From Eledone cirrhosa (Eukaryota), in the NCBI GenBank assembly GCA_964016885.1, contig OZ024743.1:107818001-107882000 (forward strand): a DNA stretch of 64,000 nucleotides, read 5' to 3'. A program made the position numbers and the translations under genes. Within the stretch, counting starts at the first letter, position 1; the number at the start of each line of letters is the position of its first letter. Of the stretch, positions 58,665 to 64,000 are shown piece by piece. The notes under the pieces were generated by a model, which saw only the letters and a list, made by a program, of their open reading frames with translations, made no database searches and was not told the origin of the DNA.

Positions 58665-58718
58665 AACGTTCAAACGATCAAACGTTCAAACGATCAAACG
58701 TTCAAACGCTCAAACGAT
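58665..58718. repeat. 17-bp tandem repeat x3 (AAACGTTCAAACGATCA)
   Basis: Direct inspection. Confidence 0.75.
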
Positions 58719-59369
58719 TCCGCTAATTCGCTGCTCTTGGATGATACTTTATATAGAGACCCCCGAAAAAATGAAAGGTAATATTGAAATCGGCGGGATT
58801 TGAAAGCAGAGAGACGGAACAGATGGCGCAAGACATTTATTCTTTTGGTTCTAATGAATTTGTGGCCAAAATACCTAGATATTCCCTTATATTTTACTAA
58901 TTACAGTCCTTACACTACGGCCATGATTAGGCACCATATTAAAGAGATTTATTTAGTTGATTATAGATGACAGCACTTTTTTTTTAAATGTTATTTATTT
59001 ATCGATAGCTTTTTGTCTGCCCACTAAATTACTGATATATACAAAGACAAAAAAACGTTATCACTAACACAGGCACAGACTTAAACTCGGGTATAACGGG
59101 AAACACATTAACAAAAAGCACAGACCCGATTACATATGCATATGTGTAGATATACTATTTTTTTTTTCAATTTCTGCCTACCGAATTTCATTCATGAAGC
59201 ATTGGTCAACTCGAGGCTATCGTAGATAGAGTAAACTCGAAAGTAAACTAAAAAACATGTTTCTGCAAAAAGAACTTCTTATTCATACACGCATGCCTGT
59301 ATCTATATTTTACTAATATTAGATTTTCCCCGTTGGTGTGTTGTGTCCATAAAGAAGAATTATTTTACA

Positions 59370-59575
59370 TGCTCCAGTCCACCCAGCTGTTGTACCTGTA
59401 ATTCAAGAGGCCAGGCATGACAAATGTTGTTTCATACTGTGTCTCCCTGAAACCTACGTTAAAGATGTATGTGTATGTATGTTGAATGCTCAGTCACTTG
59501 CATGTTAACTTCACAAGCTGGTCGTTCTCTTGATCGAACAAATGGATACGTCATCGTCGAAACCGACCGGTGTCT
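59370..59575 (+). mobile_element. Second dispersed SINE-like family (other fragments at ~16560-16640, 19880-20035, 28390-28570, and 32400-32570 on the minus strand)
   Basis: Shared motifs gtacctgtaattcaa, ctgaatctccc...acgttaa, aatgctca.ccactt..atgttaa.ttcac. Confidence 0.55.
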
Positions 59576-60583
59576 ATTCTATACTAGTGTGTCTGAGAGG
59601 TTATGTGTGTGTGTATGTGTTTGCGTATGATAGTGCGGGTTTATTAGTGTGTTCTTGTGTGCTAGTAAATGTGTATTTGTGCATGCTAGTGTTACTGTGA
59701 TTTAATAAGAAGACTGCTTCGTTGATAAAAGAACTGGAACATACGCCGTCGATACCGACGGAGAATCAGCCACATTTTTAGATTTATCACAGAAAGACAT
59801 GTATGTCTTGAAGCGAATTTTTACTTTTTAATAATGATGTATATGTATAATTTTTTCTACAATATAAGCTAGTTGTGTTTATGCTTGAGTTTATTGTATA
59901 ATGAAAGGAGGAGTAGAGTATAATTGTTATATATGTCTTTCCTCATTTATGTAAAGAAATATTGTTAATTGTTATATATGTGTTTCGGCTTTCACGATAG
60001 ATATTTCCTTTCAAAATGGATTCTGTCGTGACGGTGTATTGAATCCAATATCACAACAGTGTGGTTAACTGACTTTTTCTTCGTTTGCAAGAGGCGGGAA
60101 AGAAAATACGAAACCTATTCACTATTGTGAAGGTTCGCCCAAAATAATGTCAATAATTCTAATATGAAATACAACTACAAGAATAAAAATAACAATAACC
60201 ATAACAATACCGTGATCAATTCTGAAAAATACAAAAGAGCAAAATCGATTATATGTAAGGCAAACACCTAGAATAATGCCATACAACAACAACAACAACA
60301 ACAGCAATAACAACGACATCGACGACAGCGATAAAAGTGATAAATCTGAAAGGACCTACATCGATTTCGGCGACGAGCATTCCATTTATTTGATCAATAA
60401 AACAGCCTGCCCGAGAAATGCATAACACGTGGCTGCGTAAGCCATAGACACGTGTACCATTAATGTAATTCTGGTGGATATTCATCAAGACATACTGTGC
60501 AACAATCTGACACATTGAGTCATAAGTACAACTCATGTTTTTCCAGCTGAGTGGACTGAGTGGACTTTATTATATATGTATTT

Positions 60584-60752
60584 GTAGAGGGTCGGACGCC
60601 ATGCTTTGAAGCATAGAGTTACGGCCCTTTACGGTCTGAGTTCAAATCCCGCCGAGGTTAACTTTGCCTTTCATCCTTACGGGGTCGATAAAATAAAGTA
60701 CCAGTAATACACTGGGATAATTTCTGGCCTTGTGCCAAAAGCAGAAAGAATT
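60584..60752 (+). mobile_element. tRNA-derived SINE copy
   Basis: gagttcaaatcccgccgaggttaactttgcctttcatccttacggggtcgataaaataaagtaccagta. Confidence 0.87.
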
Positions 60753-60965
60753 ATGTATGTATATATGTATGTATATATATATATGTATGTATGTGTGCAT
60801 ATATGTATGTATATATGTATGTATTCAAAAGTACATGAAGAACAGCCACAGCCGGCTATTGTCAGTGAATGTTTTTATCACAGTTGCTAAGACATTTTAG
60901 ATCATTTGCTGGGCTAAAATGCCACACACACATACATATATATATGTATATATATATATATATGT

Positions 60966-61404
<439 letters not shown>

Positions 61405-61512
61405 TATATGTATGAGAGAGAGAGATAAAGAGAGAAAAAGAGAGGGGGGGCTGCGATGGAGAGTACAATCAAGAAGTGTCTTGGTTTTGGGCTTGATATA
61501 GTACGAAAAGAG

Positions 61513-61548
61513 TTTTAACGTTTCGGACGCTAGACCTTCATCAGAAAA
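61513..61548 (-). ncRNA. Minimal PLE-type type I hammerhead with intact core
   Basis: Reverse complement: TTTT-CTGATGA-AGGTCTAGCGTCC-GAAACGTT-AAAA. Confidence 0.7.
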
Positions 61549-61676
61549 TAGACTGAGAAATTACTGACGACGCACAAGTTTTAAGCCCACGCTTAAATCC
61601 ACTCATACAAAATCAAACTTATACAGAGCACACCCTATATATCTATCTATTGTTCTTTCTTTCTTTCTCTCAACCC

Positions 61677-61788
<112 letters not shown>

Positions 61789-61942
61789 AAAAAAAACAGT
61801 AAAGGAACCAAATAAATATATATATTTAAAAAAAGAAAAAGACTCCAGTTGCATTTTCGATTTCATATTTTTTCCTTTATCCTTTCACTCTTGTAGGACA
61901 CCTCGGTTATTTTTCATTTTGTATTAAAAACCTCACTTTCTA

Positions 61943-62034
<92 letters not shown>

Positions 62035-62762
62035 GTGTATCATACTATCTGTTTTTCTATCTACCTATTATTTTACTCCACTTCCACTCATCCATAACCT
62101 ATCACCTTACAATGAGAAACAACTTCCCTGACACGCTCTGGATCACAGCAGATATTCGGAACTGCTCGTATCACCATTTGCTTAATAGAAACTTAACAAT
62201 TACTAAACTTACATATATAATAAGTCAGGTGATAGCTCATCTCAGACATTTCAGAAAAACCTATCAATTATAACAATTCATCTATATCTGTCAGTTATAT
62301 GGCGTTTTGTTTCTAGATGACAGCAAACAATAGTTTGTATGTCACAGGGAAGTGACTGTATCATCTACAAAGTAGCTTCACAGCCTGATTTAACATCAAT
62401 TTCTGCATTTGCATACGGAGTAGTTCACACTAGTACACATATATGTATGTATGTATGTATTTATGTTCTTCTGGTTTTATAATTTCACAAATTTTTGCGA
62501 ATAGAGATAGAGTAGGTTTCTAACATAGACACAAGAATCTCTCATTGGAATTTACACAACACCAACTAGGTAGATATGTATGCATGTCTGCATGCATGCA
62601 TGTGTAGATATGGATGTTATTGTATGTGTGAATGTGTATGTTTTGAGTTGTATGTGTGCATGTGTATATGCTTGGTATCTGTACATGTGTATATGCAGTT
62701 ATTAGATGCAAAATCTTTGGAATGTTTTACATATTTTTACTGTTCCTGTATGTATGTATGTA

Positions 62763-63560
62763 TGTCAGGTCGCTCTCGAGTGCTACTGATAATATGTAAC
62801 AATATGTACAACCTGTCTCATGGTCGGGTCGTCTGTGACTAAACCGGCCACCCCACCAAGCTTGCTTGGTGAGGAGGGTGAGATTTGGACACCCTGCGGG
62901 ATGAAATACAAGACTCGGTCAAGGGCAGAGGAACACAGCAGAGTCAACGGCCATCCAAATAGTAGTTTTTCTATTATCTTTTTGTTGTTTTTTTTTTACC
63001 TGGGATTGAAAGGCCCCCAGTTGCTGCCACAGCACCTTTCTAAGAGAAGAGAAACTCTGACAAAAAGAAAATCCTGCGGTTTCGGAAGCATCCGATGATG
63101 TTTACCAGTTCTCCTTTTCGGGTAGTATTTTCGATGCTCAGAGAAGGTATTGGTGGAGTGCAAGGCCTTTCTTTTTTAAAAAAAAGCTTAAAAGCACAGG
63201 AATTGCTTGTTCAGGCTCTGTTACAGGTTCGTGTGGCTGGCCGTAGCCTGAAAGTGTACCAGTTTCTGTAATCTGACAAGCGATTGCAATACTCTTAGCA
63301 GAGTTTGCAGCCATTATGTTTGTATGTATGGACGGCACAGGCACTGCTTTATATCTGGAGATCTCTCAGCACTTGTCGTTACATGGTACCATGGTCCCAG
63401 CACTATGTGTCAATAATTGTCACAAGTGTAGTGTTTGTACCAGAGTTTTCAAGTCGCTGGCTGGACTAAAAAGTCACACATTTTCAGCGCATCGGTAGAG
63501 GTCCTCCTGCACAGATATAAAGTAGTGGCCGTACTCGAAAACGAGTTGGCAGCCACCATG
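62763..63560 (+). mobile_element. RTE-derived non-autonomous element (5' UTR-like part + 3' end), flanked by (TATG)n
   Basis: The 3' part encodes HKCSVCTRVFKSLAGLKSH (C2H2-like C-terminus typical of RTE ORFs); homologous to 14990-15381 and 17683-18141. Confidence 0.72.
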
Positions 63561-64000
63561 TAGGTATGTATGGATGGATCGATGAATGGATGGATGGTTA
63601 GATGGATGGATATAGGTATCTACATGTGTATCTATGTCTGTTTGTATGAATATATATCTGTATATATCTATGCCCGTATGTTTGTCTATATGTCTATAAG
63701 TTACGCACGTATGCAAATGTATTGGTGAGTTTCATATTTATAGGGACATTTTATTTTGTAGGATTCATGTCGATTGCGCCCAGATTACGTTTTACATAAA
63801 AGCTACACAGTGGGATATAAAAGAAGATACGGATATATTTAGGGCTTACACAGTTCAGTACCTTTTAAAAGCTATGCAAACAAATAAAAAAATGAAAATA
63901 CTTTACTTCATTACTTGTTAGTTGTAGGCAGGACGTCTACCCCTTCGACTGAAAAAGACGGAAAATATATTGACGGTGTTGCTTGATCCAAACAATCGCC

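Noticed and set aside
62800-62850. HDV-like ribozyme at the RTE-derived 5' end
   Set aside because: P3- and P4-like pieces are visible, but I could not build P1 or P2.

Overview
Gene-poor, AT-rich eukaryotic (animal) DNA saturated with microsatellites. The SINE types and repeat landscape suggest a cephalopod such as Octopus, which is an inference. I found no credible host exon; almost all ORF-track entries are microsatellite translations. Recognisable parts are a degenerate L1/Tx1-clade LINE (1-2345), a Chapaev3-type CMC DNA transposon with TIRs and a TAA TSD (7930-9870), a Penelope-like (PLE) RT relic (13240-14100), an RTE LINE relic (46250-47480), RTE-derived non-autonomous elements in (TATG)n, many tRNA-derived SINEs, a 4.4-kb 32-bp satellite and a 1.35-kb polypurine minisatellite. 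The most interesting signal is a dense set of non-coding, fold-back or tandem elements sitting in (TA)n tracts, mainly at 34-44 kb. They belong to several unrelated sequence families, and most carry type I hammerhead ribozyme (HHR) folds in divergent orientation. Two of them have defined monomers (about 552 nt and 322 nt) whose layout suggests tandem or circular RNA templates, i.e. retrozyme-like or PLE pseudo-LTR-derived elements. One has an intact HHR with an unusual extended stem II. All folds and coordinates were derived by eye.
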